The notes under the pieces were generated by a model, which was not told where the DNA came from, made no database searches, and worked only from the letters and a program-made list of their open reading frames with translations. Positions 37,773 to 48,100 of a DNA stretch of 64,000 bases are shown one piece after another. The stretch covers positions 1 to 64,000 of the IMG/VR virus record IMGVR_UViG_3300031673_000014. One strand, 5' to 3'. The number at the start of each line of letters is the position of its first letter. Within the stretch, counting starts at the first letter, position 1. The position numbers were made by a program, and so were the translations under genes. Source of the DNA: a virus.

Positions 37773-39985
37773 AAAGAGCTAGATGGGAAGGAAACGAAAT
37801 AATATTAACTGATGACATGGAAAACAACTCTATTAGTCTGGTAGAGAATAACGATGAATCTTTCGAGATAATCGGGGCTACTACCATAATGAGGGGCTTC
37901 CAGTGTACTCAATCGGTAACTCCGGGCATGAGTGCCATTATTCCTTATGGGATAGCATACGATGAGACCTTAAAGAAGCTACTTGTCAATCTCGCTTCTG
38001 TAACCGCGACATTTACGGCGGCTGACCCGGTATCTGCAAGAAGAGATATTGTCGAAATAAGAAGACTTGAATTTGAAACTACCTTAGCAAACAGACAGTT
38101 TAAAAATGCAGGAACCGGGGCTATTTCTACTTCTCCGATTAATACAGAGACCGAATACAATATAGAAGTAAAAGTCGTTGCCGGATCTCCCGGGGGAAGT
38201 GCTCCTTCGGTAGAAGCTGGATGGATAAAGATAGCAGAAGTTTTGATCCCGGCTGCCTCTTCAACTGTTGTTAATGCGAATATTTTTAATGTAAATTCGG
38301 TTGCTACCGGGCTTTCTAATACTTCATGGACAACAGATATAACATCAATTCACAGAAACGGTTCGTTAAGTGAGATGAAAACTCAGCTTTATGGACTAAC
38401 TCAATCAATAACAACAATTTCTCTTACGGTAACAGGACTTACGGCTACAGCAACCTTAACCTCAACAGGACAAACCATACTTGCAAGAGATGGTGGTCAG
38501 GTACTGGTTTCAGGACATTCAGGGACAACTTATAACCTCGGAGTAAAAACTGTAGCAGGGAATGCACTAGCTCTGGGAAATGCGACAGGTAACGGTGATA
38601 TATTCTTAGATTTTACAAACTCAGTAACAGCTGTTAGAGCTAGGATTGCCAGTAAAAACGAAACAACGGCAGATTTAGACTTTTATACAGGTGGGAACAT
38701 TACTACACCCAAACTGTCTATTCTTAATAGTGGTAACGTCCTAATAGGAACACCTACTGACTCAACAATTGGAATCCTTCAATTAGAAACAGACTCAGTT
38801 AATACTTTGAATATAAGGAACTCAACAGGAACTGTTAACAAAAGAAGTTATGGATTTTATGCTGCGAATGACTTTCTAAGGTTAAGATCATTTGATGATG
38901 CTGGAGCATCAGCATTTAGTGCAATTATGGAATGGACACACGGAGGAAATGTCTTAATCAGGGGTGGAGCAGACACAGGCGAAGGTCTACATGTCGGTTC
39001 AGGTGGGATGAGGGTTACTGGGACAAATGGTTCTATAATAATTCAATCAACAGGCGACACTTTCCAAATGACTAGAAACTCTACAAATTTTTTATGGGCT
39101 ACTGGCTCTATTGCAACGGTAGCTATTGGTACAGGGCCAACAGTAACGCTTACAGATGCAAACCTGATTTGTAACGCCGATCAATCAGTAACAGTAAATA
39201 CAACTTTACTTGTAGACACAATAAGCGAGAAGACAGCAAGTGCAGGTGTAACTATTGATGGTTTACTCATTAAAGATTCTGGAATTGGAGCATCTCTTAC
39301 TATAACCGGTTCTTTAACTGCTACAACTTCTTTGATTACTAATACTATTTCAGAAAGAACAACTGCTTCTGGAGTTACAATAGACTCTGTATTATTAAAA
39401 GATAATAGTGTTACAGCTACAAGCATTTTTACAGGCACAATAAGCGAGAAGACAGCAAGTGCAGGTATAACATTTAATAATATTGTAAAAGTAGACACAA
39501 TAAGCGAGAAGACAGCAAGTGCAGGTATAACATTTAATAATATTGTAAAAGTAGGCACAATCAGCGAGAAGACTGCAAGTGCAGGGGTGACTTTTAATAA
39601 TGTTGTAAAAGTAGACACAATCAGCGAGAAGACTGCAAGTGCAGGGGTTAGTGTTCAGGCTTCAAGTGGAGAGCAGTTATTAACAAAGATTATTCCTATT
39701 GGTGATTGGGATATGACAACCACCAATAGTTTATCAGTAGCTCATACTATTCCTGATTATTCAAAAATAAGAACAGTATACGTTCTGGTGAGAAGGGATT
39801 CGGATGCTGCAACACCTCAAGTTACACGACTTGATTATGATGACAACATTGTTTCTGGATATTATACAAATATAGGGGTCACGAACATGTTATTAGTTGC
39901 TATCTCCGGAGGGATTTTTGACAATATTAACTATAATCAAACCAGCTACAACCGAGGTTGGATCACAATCACCTATGAAGTGTAG
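37769..39985 (+). CDS. Tail fibre / receptor-binding protein
   Basis: ADPVSARRDIV N-terminal anchor, GNVLIG fibre motifs, TISEKTASAG repeats. Confidence 0.85.
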   Translation: MKRARWEGNEIILTDDMENNSISLVENNDESFEIIGATTIMRGFQCTQSVTPGMSAIIPYGIAYDETLKKLLVNLASVTATFTAADPVSARRDIVEIRRLEFETTLANRQFKNAGTGAISTSPINTETEYNIEVKVVAGSPGGSAPSVEAGWIKIAEVLIPAASSTVVNANIFNVNSVATGLSNTSWTTDITSIHRNGSLSEMKTQLYGLTQSITTISLTVTGLTATATLTSTGQTILARDGGQVLVSGHSGTTYNLGVKTVAGNALALGNATGNGDIFLDFTNSVTAVRARIASKNETTADLDFYTGGNITTPKLSILNSGNVLIGTPTDSTIGILQLETDSVNTLNIRNSTGTVNKRSYGFYAANDFLRLRSFDDAGASAFSAIMEWTHGGNVLIRGGADTGEGLHVGSGGMRVTGTNGSIIIQSTGDTFQMTRNSTNFLWATGSIATVAIGTGPTVTLTDANLICNADQSVTVNTTLLVDTISEKTASAGVTIDGLLIKDSGIGASLTITGSLTATTSLITNTISERTTASGVTIDSVLLKDNSVTATSIFTGTISEKTASAGITFNNIVKVDTISEKTASAGITFNNIVKVGTISEKTASAGVTFNNVVKVDTISEKTASAGVSVQASSGEQLLTKIIPIGDWDMTTTNSLSVAHTIPDYSKIRTVYVLVRRDSDAATPQVTRLDYDDNIVSGYYTNIGVTNMLLVAISGGIFDNINYNQTSYNRGWITITYEV
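39433..39648 (+). repeat. 60-bp tandem repeat (about 3.6 copies) in the tail fibre gene, plus dispersed copies
   Basis: CACAATMAGCGAGAAGACWGCAAGTGCAGG recurs at 60-bp period; another copy at about 39212-39247. Confidence 0.95.
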
Positions 39986-40011
39986 AAGGTGGTGGTTTTA
40001 AAACATAAAAA

Positions 40012-40362
40012 TTATTTATTCGGATAAATTTGAATAAAGGTGTAATAGTAAGATGCTTCATACTCAGTTATTTTATTTCCTGTGTATGCACTATATAACT
40101 GACCATCAAGGACAACAACTGCATGGTCAGTTATTCCCCCAATTCCAACGGATCTCTGTCTATAAGGTGTACAGTAAACAGAAGCATACCCAAAATCAAC
40201 ACCCAATGAAAAATGTGCAATATTCATAAAAAGAAGAGCGTGGGTCACACAATTCCCTTTCCCAATTATAGATGGAAATGTTGGACTAGTTGGAAATGTA
40301 ACAGTTTCTTGGTGAGAAAAATTTATATTGTTACAATACTTGCTGGGGATACTGCCTTTGTT
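40012..40362 (-). pseudogene. 5'-degraded transglutaminase-like cysteine protease gene
   Basis: Frame is open upstream of the track GTG: ..FP..IIGKGNCVTHALLF...DHAVV; no proper start or RBS. Confidence 0.4.
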
Positions 40363-40383
40363 TCATGTACAAGGATGACATAG

Positions 40384-40779
40384 TTATTTAAGTCTCCTGG
40401 TATCAAAGTTAATATATATTTTATCATACTGATCAAAGTACCCATAACTCCTATCAATGTTATGGGTACAGAGATGCTGATACCCTATTTCCAATATCCA
40501 TAGATTGATTCCTGCTGTTACATAATACTTTTCTTTATATGGTGAAAAATAAAATGATCTTGATTTTGTAATATCTACTTCTTGATTTACATCAACGAAC
40601 AGAAACTTCCATGCTATGCCTATCCCTATATTTGTTGAAAAATACATGTTCTCATCATTTGTAAATCTATCCTCTTTCATAGGATAATAAGCAAACTCCC
40701 CAAATGAATAGAAACTAAAATCACTTGCATATAAATAACTGCTCAATAATAACATCAATAAAACTATAATCTTTTTCAT
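40384..40779 (-). CDS. Secreted, outer-membrane beta-strand protein
   Basis: Signal peptide MKKIIVLLMLLLSSYLYA; alternating aromatic strands; own promoter. Confidence 0.55.
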   Translation of the reverse strand: MKKIIVLLMLLLSSYLYASDFSFYSFGEFAYYPMKEDRFTNDENMYFSTNIGIGIAWKFLFVDVNQEVDITKSRSFYFSPYKEKYYVTAGINLWILEIGYQHLCTHNIDRSYGYFDQYDKIYINFDTRRLK

Positions 40780-40836
40780 AAATTCCCCCTACTTTTAATT
40801 ATACATACGATTAGAATAAAAGCAAGGGAAATCGCT

Positions 40837-41262
40837 TTATTCCCCGATCATTCCTAATTTATCAAAAACAGATAGATCAGAAAGAGATAGAACAGCTTTT
40901 TCGTCTTTCATCTCTTTCATCAAAGCTTTGAACGTTTCTTTTTTCAGGACCGGGAAATCCAGTTTTACAGGAACCGGAGAATTCAGGAACAATTCAGTTT
41001 CAGTAAGGTTTGATTCTTGCTCGTCTGCAGAGTTATAACCACCGGGATTGAATTGTGTTATTCTTTTTTCTGCCATTTTTCCATACTTCAAAGCAATAGA
41101 ATTTGATCCTTTTGTGAACAATTCATCAACTTTGACGAAATCCTGCTTTAATTTAGCAACCATGATAGATTCTTCCCAGTCCGGAAACCCTGGAAGTTCA
41201 AAAAGTTTTGTCATAGCAACTCTACTCTCTCTGAAATCTTTAAAAGTAAACTCTTCTTTCAT
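40837..41262 (-). CDS. Hypothetical helical protein
   Basis: 141 aa with GAGG RBS. Confidence 0.55.
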   Translation of the reverse strand: MKEEFTFKDFRESRVAMTKLFELPGFPDWEESIMVAKLKQDFVKVDELFTKGSNSIALKYGKMAEKRITQFNPGGYNSADEQESNLTETELFLNSPVPVKLDFPVLKKETFKALMKEMKDEKAVLSLSDLSVFDKLGMIGE

Positions 41263-41314
41263 ATTATCCTCTCTTGAATTTATTTAAGGTGAATTAAATT
41301 CCCCCTGATTCCTA

Positions 41315-42811
41315 TTATACTTTCTTGGCTGTAAGAGTCAAGATGATGTTTCTTGCAGTCTCCATTTCACTCATATTCATTTCTTTTAATTGACACTTCC
41401 GGCCAATAGCGACATATATCTTCATCCATAAGATATTCCTTCTCCGGAAACTTTCGGTATGGATTATTCTCTTTTTACCGTCCAGTTCCTTTACTGATTG
41501 CTCACCTACGTACCGATTGATCATTGCGTTAATTTCTTCACGGAAAGATTTTTCTTTCATTGACGGGGTAATATGAGCGTTTCCAGAGATTATCTCAAGT
41601 TCTGGTTTATGCTGTCCCGGGAGACCTTTTCCTCCGTCTTTTTTTTCTTTATATTCAAGAGCCCTGTCTTGTTCCCATATCCAATTCTTGAAAAAAGATA
41701 TGAAGTCCGGATCTGCCGGTGCTGTGATATAAGCGAAGTCTTTGTATGTTTTGAATCTTGTCGCTCGATTCAGGCATTGGATTAACCATGGCTCAGAGCG
41801 GTATATGTGCAGAATGATCATAAATGCTGTATTCGGGGCATCTAATCCTTCTGAAGCTTGATTACAGCTACTTAAGACAGGGAATTCACCTTTTCTATAA
41901 CTTTTTATTATACCAAGAGAATCTTTCATTTGAGAGTCAACGGATTTACATTTACACCACTTATGATTTACATGTCTGGAATACTCTCTGGCTAGTTCAA
42001 TGTCAGCTCCAACAATAATCATTTGAGCCCAAGGATTATTTCTTCTATATTCCATAAATTCAGACATTGCATTGTCTATTACTTGAAAAGCATAATCACT
42101 TCGAACGGCTGCATTAAGATGTTCTCTGTCCATAGAGTCATATTCAATAATCTTTTCACCTTTTTTATATTCCCCGGATCCGTCTATAAGATTTAATTTT
42201 ACAGGAATAATGGCATCTTCTCTGAGGGCATCTTCCCGGGTATATGTTACCCATCGTATATTTTTAGTTTCTGTTTTATCCAGCATATTATTTTTATATG
42301 GGAAAAATGAGATCTTATCCCCGGTGTGACGAAAGGCGGTCCCGGTCATAAAAACACAAAGTTTTGCTAATTTTACCAACTCAAGAAAAGGCTTCTCCCA
42401 GCTCCCATCACTGGAAACGTGATGATGTTCATCAGCAATAAGAATATAATTATATTTTTTGAAATCTTCTATTATATTGTCGGCATTACTGGCAATGGCT
42501 TGAAAAGTTATCCCGAATCCGTCTAATCCCCTTGATGGATCTTTTCCGTTATCCGCAACCCTTATTGTTTTCCCGGAATCAAAGAAAGGATCAATCATAC
42601 TTTCTTCAATTTGGTATACTAACGATAACCGGGGCGCGACATGCATAATTTTATCAAAGCCATTACCAATTAGATGTTTTGCAAATAGAATAGAATCTCC
42701 GCTTTTACCGGATCCCGGATGAGCATCTATAAATATTTTATTTATTGGTTCACCTTCAATAATTTCGTTACATATAGAAATTACTTCAGATTGATGTTTT
42801 CTCCAAGCCAT
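41315..42811 (-). CDS. Superfamily 2 (DExH) helicase
   Basis: PGSGKS, DEHHH, TGTAFR, SEGLDAP, QCLNRATR. Confidence 0.9.
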   Translation of the reverse strand: MAWRKHQSEVISICNEIIEGEPINKIFIDAHPGSGKSGDSILFAKHLIGNGFDKIMHVAPRLSLVYQIEESMIDPFFDSGKTIRVADNGKDPSRGLDGFGITFQAIASNADNIIEDFKKYNYILIADEHHHVSSDGSWEKPFLELVKLAKLCVFMTGTAFRHTGDKISFFPYKNNMLDKTETKNIRWVTYTREDALREDAIIPVKLNLIDGSGEYKKGEKIIEYDSMDREHLNAAVRSDYAFQVIDNAMSEFMEYRRNNPWAQMIIVGADIELAREYSRHVNHKWCKCKSVDSQMKDSLGIIKSYRKGEFPVLSSCNQASEGLDAPNTAFMIILHIYRSEPWLIQCLNRATRFKTYKDFAYITAPADPDFISFFKNWIWEQDRALEYKEKKDGGKGLPGQHKPELEIISGNAHITPSMKEKSFREEINAMINRYVGEQSVKELDGKKRIIHTESFRRRNILWMKIYVAIGRKCQLKEMNMSEMETARNIILTLTAKKV

Positions 42812-42895
42812 TATTTATTATCCTTTCTGCAAAATAATACGCGATGATCATAATCTTGCACCGTTAAATAAGATAGGTCGAAATCCTGTCCGATC

Positions 42896-43519
42896 TTATT
42901 TATTCTCTTTAATATATTTCTTCCTGAAATTATCTATGTTCTGCATTGTCATAACTGCTTGAGGGTAGTTTCTACTCTCGGAGACGTTTGTTCTAAGAGT
43001 CAATAATCCAAGATTTAAAGATTTTTGAGAGGGTATATTTTTCCCGGTCAACAACCCATTATCTCTCATAATGTCAAATATTTCTGTTTGGCTTAACCCT
43101 AAATGTTTGCCAGCATCACGAATAGAATAATGTTTTGATTCATCTCTCAGGGCAGCATCAGCAAGTGCAGCTTTTGGTTTTAGAATTGCATTTTCTTCCT
43201 CTAGTTTCTTATACCTCTGAATAGCGAGCTCATAACCTTTTACGATCATCAAAGCTTCTTCTGCCTGTGTTGTTGGCAACTTCCTACGATCATCGGAAGT
43301 GATTAAAGAACTATTTTCCTTAATTCTCATTGAAACTGCCGTTACTTCATATTCGTTCAAATAAGTAATCTTACCATTCTTAACTTTATCAGGAAAAATC
43401 TCATTAACCCTTTTTATTACAAGGGCATAACTTACTCCTAATGAATCTGCAACTTCTTTTATGGTCATTGTTTTTTCTGGAAAATCTTCTTGTGGAAATA
43501 ATGCAAGATCTCTGTTCAT
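42896..43519 (-). CDS. Antirepressor with KilA-C/ANT domain
   Basis: MTIKEVADSLGVS HTH; LKPKAALAD..SIRDAGKHLG; N-terminal half resembles ORF 16700; ATG 43519 follows AAGGAG. Confidence 0.8.
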   Translation of the reverse strand: MNRDLALFPQEDFPEKTMTIKEVADSLGVSYALVIKRVNEIFPDKVKNGKITYLNEYEVTAVSMRIKENSSLITSDDRRKLPTTQAEEALMIVKGYELAIQRYKKLEEENAILKPKAALADAALRDESKHYSIRDAGKHLGLSQTEIFDIMRDNGLLTGKNIPSQKSLNLGLLTLRTNVSESRNYPQAVMTMQNIDNFRKKYIKENK

Positions 43520-43689
43520 AAAAAACTCCTTAAGTCTTCCTGTAGCGACCACTAAAAAGCTAGTTCGGAAAACTTTATAGGGCAGGAAGACTTAAGGAGT
43601 CTTTCAAATCCCAAACTAATATAACTCTCCGCTAAAAGAGCAGATCAACGATCTTCCATAATAATACAGACATTAAAGAACATTGTCAA
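43520..43689 (-). promoter_or_regulatory. Promoter plus two-site structured leader sequestering the RBS
   Basis: TTGACA-N17-TATTAT; perfect 18-bp inverted repeat 43525-43542/43583-43600. Confidence 0.75.
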
Positions 43690-43751
43690 ACAATATAAAA
43701 TAAACTAGACATACGATTATTATTGTGCTACTGTTTAGTTCAGGGGGATAT

Positions 43752-44783
43752 ATGAACTATACCGAATATCTAAAAAGAATTGATGTTTTAAAAAAACAGA
43801 ACATCAAAGTAGGAAGTTTTGACTTTAATGGTCAAATGCCGATTGAATTCCTTAAGATTGAAATAATTGAGGAAGAAGTGACCGATTCTGCTTTTCATTG
43901 GCAGGACAAGTGGTCAAATAATGGGGGGAAATGGGTAAAAGAAAAATCTATCGTTGACTGGGATAAAAACTACATTCTTATGCTTGGCGGTTTGTGTGGG
44001 ATCGAGTCTGATCACTCTAAAAGCGAAAAAATGGGAAAATACTCATATCTTTCAAAGTCTACCTGTTATCGTGTTCTTCCTTCGGGGAAAAAAGAGTATG
44101 AGTCTGCAGAATATGAATTTGATGCTGAGGTCAGGGCTGAAGAAGTAGTTTTGAAAAATGAGATTAAAGCCATGGAGTATGAGGAGAAAAAAGCTTCTAA
44201 TTCTCTACGGCAGAATGACAGAGAAGTTTCCCGGAAATACAAAAGTGATTTTGAGAAACAATTAGTCGTTGTTGAAATGGCTAAATTCGGCAGACAGAGG
44301 GCTGACACTGGGGCTCACAAGAGAGCAATACAAAAGATGATAAAATTACCGTCTGCAAACGAATCGTTGATTGGTACTCATTTATTCTGTTTTCAGTGTG
44401 TTCCTGATTTTTCTAATAAAAATGTTCGTCAAAAGTATCTTGAAACTGACAGTCCCGGTTCTTCTGTTTTCGGACAAATAGAACATAGAGATTCTGATGT
44501 TATTGATCAGAAAGATACTGAACCATCGGCAATGTTCCAGATAGCAGAAAAAAAAGGATCGTTAAAATCAAATGCTGTTTTATACAAGTTGGCAGGATTT
44601 GTACTTGAGTCTGAGGCACACGCTGAAGGTTTTCTGGATCTTTTAAAGGGGTATAATGAGATTGAAGATAAAACTTCAAAGTTGATATTCTGGGTAGATC
44701 TATTTGAATCAATAGATCCTATTATTAAAAATGGCACTATCGGTGCTAAAAAAGATTACTTAAAAAACTGGGGGAATAAATGA
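43752..44783 (+). CDS. Hypothetical protein, possible recombination/annealing protein
   Basis: QRADTGAHKRAI motif; upstream of SbcCD; ATG 43752 follows a GGGGG RBS. Confidence 0.4.
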   Translation: MNYTEYLKRIDVLKKQNIKVGSFDFNGQMPIEFLKIEIIEEEVTDSAFHWQDKWSNNGGKWVKEKSIVDWDKNYILMLGGLCGIESDHSKSEKMGKYSYLSKSTCYRVLPSGKKEYESAEYEFDAEVRAEEVVLKNEIKAMEYEEKKASNSLRQNDREVSRKYKSDFEKQLVVVEMAKFGRQRADTGAHKRAIQKMIKLPSANESLIGTHLFCFQCVPDFSNKNVRQKYLETDSPGSSVFGQIEHRDSDVIDQKDTEPSAMFQIAEKKGSLKSNAVLYKLAGFVLESEAHAEGFLDLLKGYNEIEDKTSKLIFWVDLFESIDPIIKNGTIGAKKDYLKNWGNK

Positions 44784-44910
44784 AAAGTTTACTTAACAAC
44801 GTTATCATACTGACAAGTATAATGGCCGGATTTATACTGACCTTTGTATGGTTTGGATGGAAAATGGCTATAGTATTATTATTATTAACACAATTCGCAG
44901 GGGGAATAGA

Positions 44911-45165
44911 ATGAAAATATCTATAGAAATGGAAATACCGGACAATGTTTTAAAAGGAATGTTCGGTGTTGCGGATGTGAACATAAAAATGGTTGAAGAC
45001 ATGGTAAGAATATCTTTTTATCAAGAGGTTGCCTCTAAACATGGCGATATTGATAGTGTATTGGATTGGATTGCATCGGATGATGTTTCAGAAGTTGAAA
45101 GAAGATTCCGTAAAAACCTTATTGAAATGACAAGAAAGTTCAATCAAAAGAGGAAATCTAAATGA
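44911..45165 (+). CDS. Hypothetical protein
   Basis: GGGGG RBS before ATG 44911 (track start 44848). Confidence 0.5.
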   Translation: MKISIEMEIPDNVLKGMFGVADVNIKMVEDMVRISFYQEVASKHGDIDSVLDWIASDDVSEVERRFRKNLIEMTRKFNQKRKSK

Positions 45166-48100
45166 AAACAGCGCATATAGCAGACTTACACCATAGTCCA
45201 GAGAGACATAAAAAAGTAATGAGAATCTTGGATCAGGTTATTGAGATCCTTCCAGATGTTGATTTATTGACAAATTCCGGTGAGAATTTCAATAATCCTT
45301 ACAATATTGGAGAGGTTTACAATCAGCTGCTTGATAAGTGGGGAGAGGCTACAGCGATTAAACCGGTGGCTACAATAGATGCTACTCAAGGAAAGCACGA
45401 ACGGGAAGGAATGCTAAGAGGTCTCAAAAGTGCTGGTATAGTTATTATAAAGCCCGGAATGGCTTATGGGTATGGAGCAGGACAGATCTATCCTAAAATT
45501 GATGGGCTTGAGCCAGAAATGCTATTATTCGGCGTTCCTCATGCTCATAAGGGAAAAATCGTGATGGGTGAAATGTCCAGAGATGAAGCCAATGCTAAAG
45601 TAAATCAGGAAATGGCAAAACTGTATTCTTTTTATGGTGCATTGAGAGCGAATAATCCCGATATACCAGCCCTTGCCGTTGGTCATGGAGTCGTACAGGG
45701 TAAGAATACCAGAGATTTACATGCTATTAAGAACAGTTCTATTTATTCAACTGAAGCTGAATTAAAACAAATGGGCTGTGATTTTTACGCATGGGGACAT
45801 TATCATGTCCCTACAGAGTTTGAATTAATCAAGGGCGGTTATCTCGGTTCGTTTGCCTGGGATTGGAACGAATTGAACTATAAACCGGCAATTACTATCA
45901 TGGACTGGGATACAATGGAAGTTACCAGACATGAGCTTGATATCAATACAAGAAAAAAACTTGTTATGTTTCCAGGGGATAAAATACCAGACCTGACCGG
46001 TTGTGATGTTCATTTGATCAATAATGAAACTGAATGGACTGAATCTGACTGCAGAGATGCCGGAGCCGGACAGATAAAAATAACAACAGAGGTTGAACTT
46101 GAAAACAAGATAAGATCTCAGGCAGTAGTCGAAGCCGTTTCTTATCCGGAAAAATTCAAAGCGGTTTATCCCGATGCAACCGATAGGCAATTACAGGTTT
46201 GTGATGAAATGTGGGAAGCTGACAAAGCAGAGGGTAAGATACCCGAAGAAAAGGTCATAACTCCTCTATACCTGACTGTCCATGGATCAAAGAACTTCCT
46301 AGAAAGAATAGGCAGGGAAACAATAAAGATTGATTTTAGAGACCATGACGGCCTTGTAATGCTTATCGGTGACGGTGGACTCGGAAAGACAACGTTGTTT
46401 GATTATGCTAATCCGTTTCCGCTGCTTTTCGCTCAGGGGAATTCATTACTTTCTACTTTCGAGATGGAAGATTCTTTTATTGAGCAGGGATGGGATATAA
46501 ACGGGGAAGTTTTTATTATAAAGAAATTTTTCAAACCTACTTTAAAAAGTCCTAAAGCCGAATATTATGCTTTTAAAGAAAATGGCGAAAAGATATCCGG
46601 TCTGGATTCTGGGAATGTTGGACCGTATAGTGATTGGTGTCTGTCTATGTTTGGATCTCCCCGAAGATATTCTTCTTCTGTTTTCAATACTCAGTTTGAC
46701 GACAATCCTGCGACATTCTCAGGGCAAAAGATAAATCCTTCCATATTTCAGGCAAATAATATTGAGTTAAAATCATTATTTCATGAGCTGGCAGGAACAG
46801 ATTTGAAACATCTTGAGCTGCAATGTAAAGCAAAAGCCGACGAATTCAAAGATATGGCTGAGAATGAGCTTATGAAAAAGTCCGGTGTAGAAGAAAGTAT
46901 TCCCGATACTGCGGTATTTATGGAAAGGATGTCAGAAATAAATCACGAAATTGCTGATAAGAGTATTGTGTTAGGGGCAATAGACAGTGAAATATTATCC
47001 TGCAAAGTAAAAATCAAAGATATAGAGAAGATTGAAGAGGGAAATAGAGACATTGATACAACAGTCTTTATTCTTAACGGACAGATTGGTACGGAAACTG
47101 CGAACAGGAATACCCTTAACCATGAGCTGTCAGGGCTTAATAATGTCGACATTGATACTGTTACCAAGGTTTTAGAAAAGATGGATTCTGACAAGGTTAT
47201 ATACGATTCTCGCTTAAAAGAACTTCCAGAGATCAAAAGACATAATGTTGATATTCAACAAACATTTATGAAAGCTCTTGAAAATTGGAATACTGATAAC
47301 CTGGGAATTGTAGAGCATAACAACAGTGTTTCATCTATTAAAAAAGAGATTGAAACTGCCATGTTGAATAAAACAAGGGCAATTACAAGAAAAAAAGATA
47401 AACAGGTCAGAGCTGAACAGGATCAAAAAAACCAGAACATAAACATTGAAAATGAATATGGAAGACTTAAGGTAGGGATTGAACAATCCATATCCACTTT
47501 GAATGAACAGATCAAAACCGGAAAGGAAATGGTTGAAAATATCGTTGCCTGTCCTAAGTGTGGATATCAGGATGAAGATTCTCTCAAAAAGAAGTCTGAC
47601 TATGAAGCAAGAATAAAGCTGAGAGAGACCGAACTTGATGGTAAAGTGAAAGAACTTCTTGAATTGGTAGAGCCGGAAAAAGTAACCGTAAAGGCTGATT
47701 GTTCGGAAGAAGATAAAGAAATTGTCGAATATGATGAGATAATCAATCAGGTAGTACCAGAGATAAAGCCAGTCCCCGATAAACCGATTGAACCGGTTTA
47801 CTTGAATGAAGATCTCCCGGTGTTTGATTTTGACAAATATTCTTCTTTGAAAGACCAGATTTCTTCTTATTCTGAATCAAAAATAACAGAACTGCAGACA
47901 AGAATTTCAGAGTGTACAAAGAGAATAGCTGATTTACAGAATCAAAAAGAGTCTAAAATAAAGACCGAAATTGATTATTCTCCTGTTGATCAATTGAAGG
48001 CTGCCGAAGAAAAACTGAAAACTATTGAAAAAGAGATCCAACAATTAAACAATGAGATTTCTTTAAAAGAGTCTAAGATATCTGATATCAATAAGATGAG

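Noticed and set aside
39433-39648. CRISPR array
   Set aside because: Repeats are contiguous in-frame coding units without unique spacers
39660-40380. Diversity-generating retroelement targeting the fibre tip
   Set aside because: No reverse transcriptase in the window and no second copy of the fibre 3' end differing at adenines was seen
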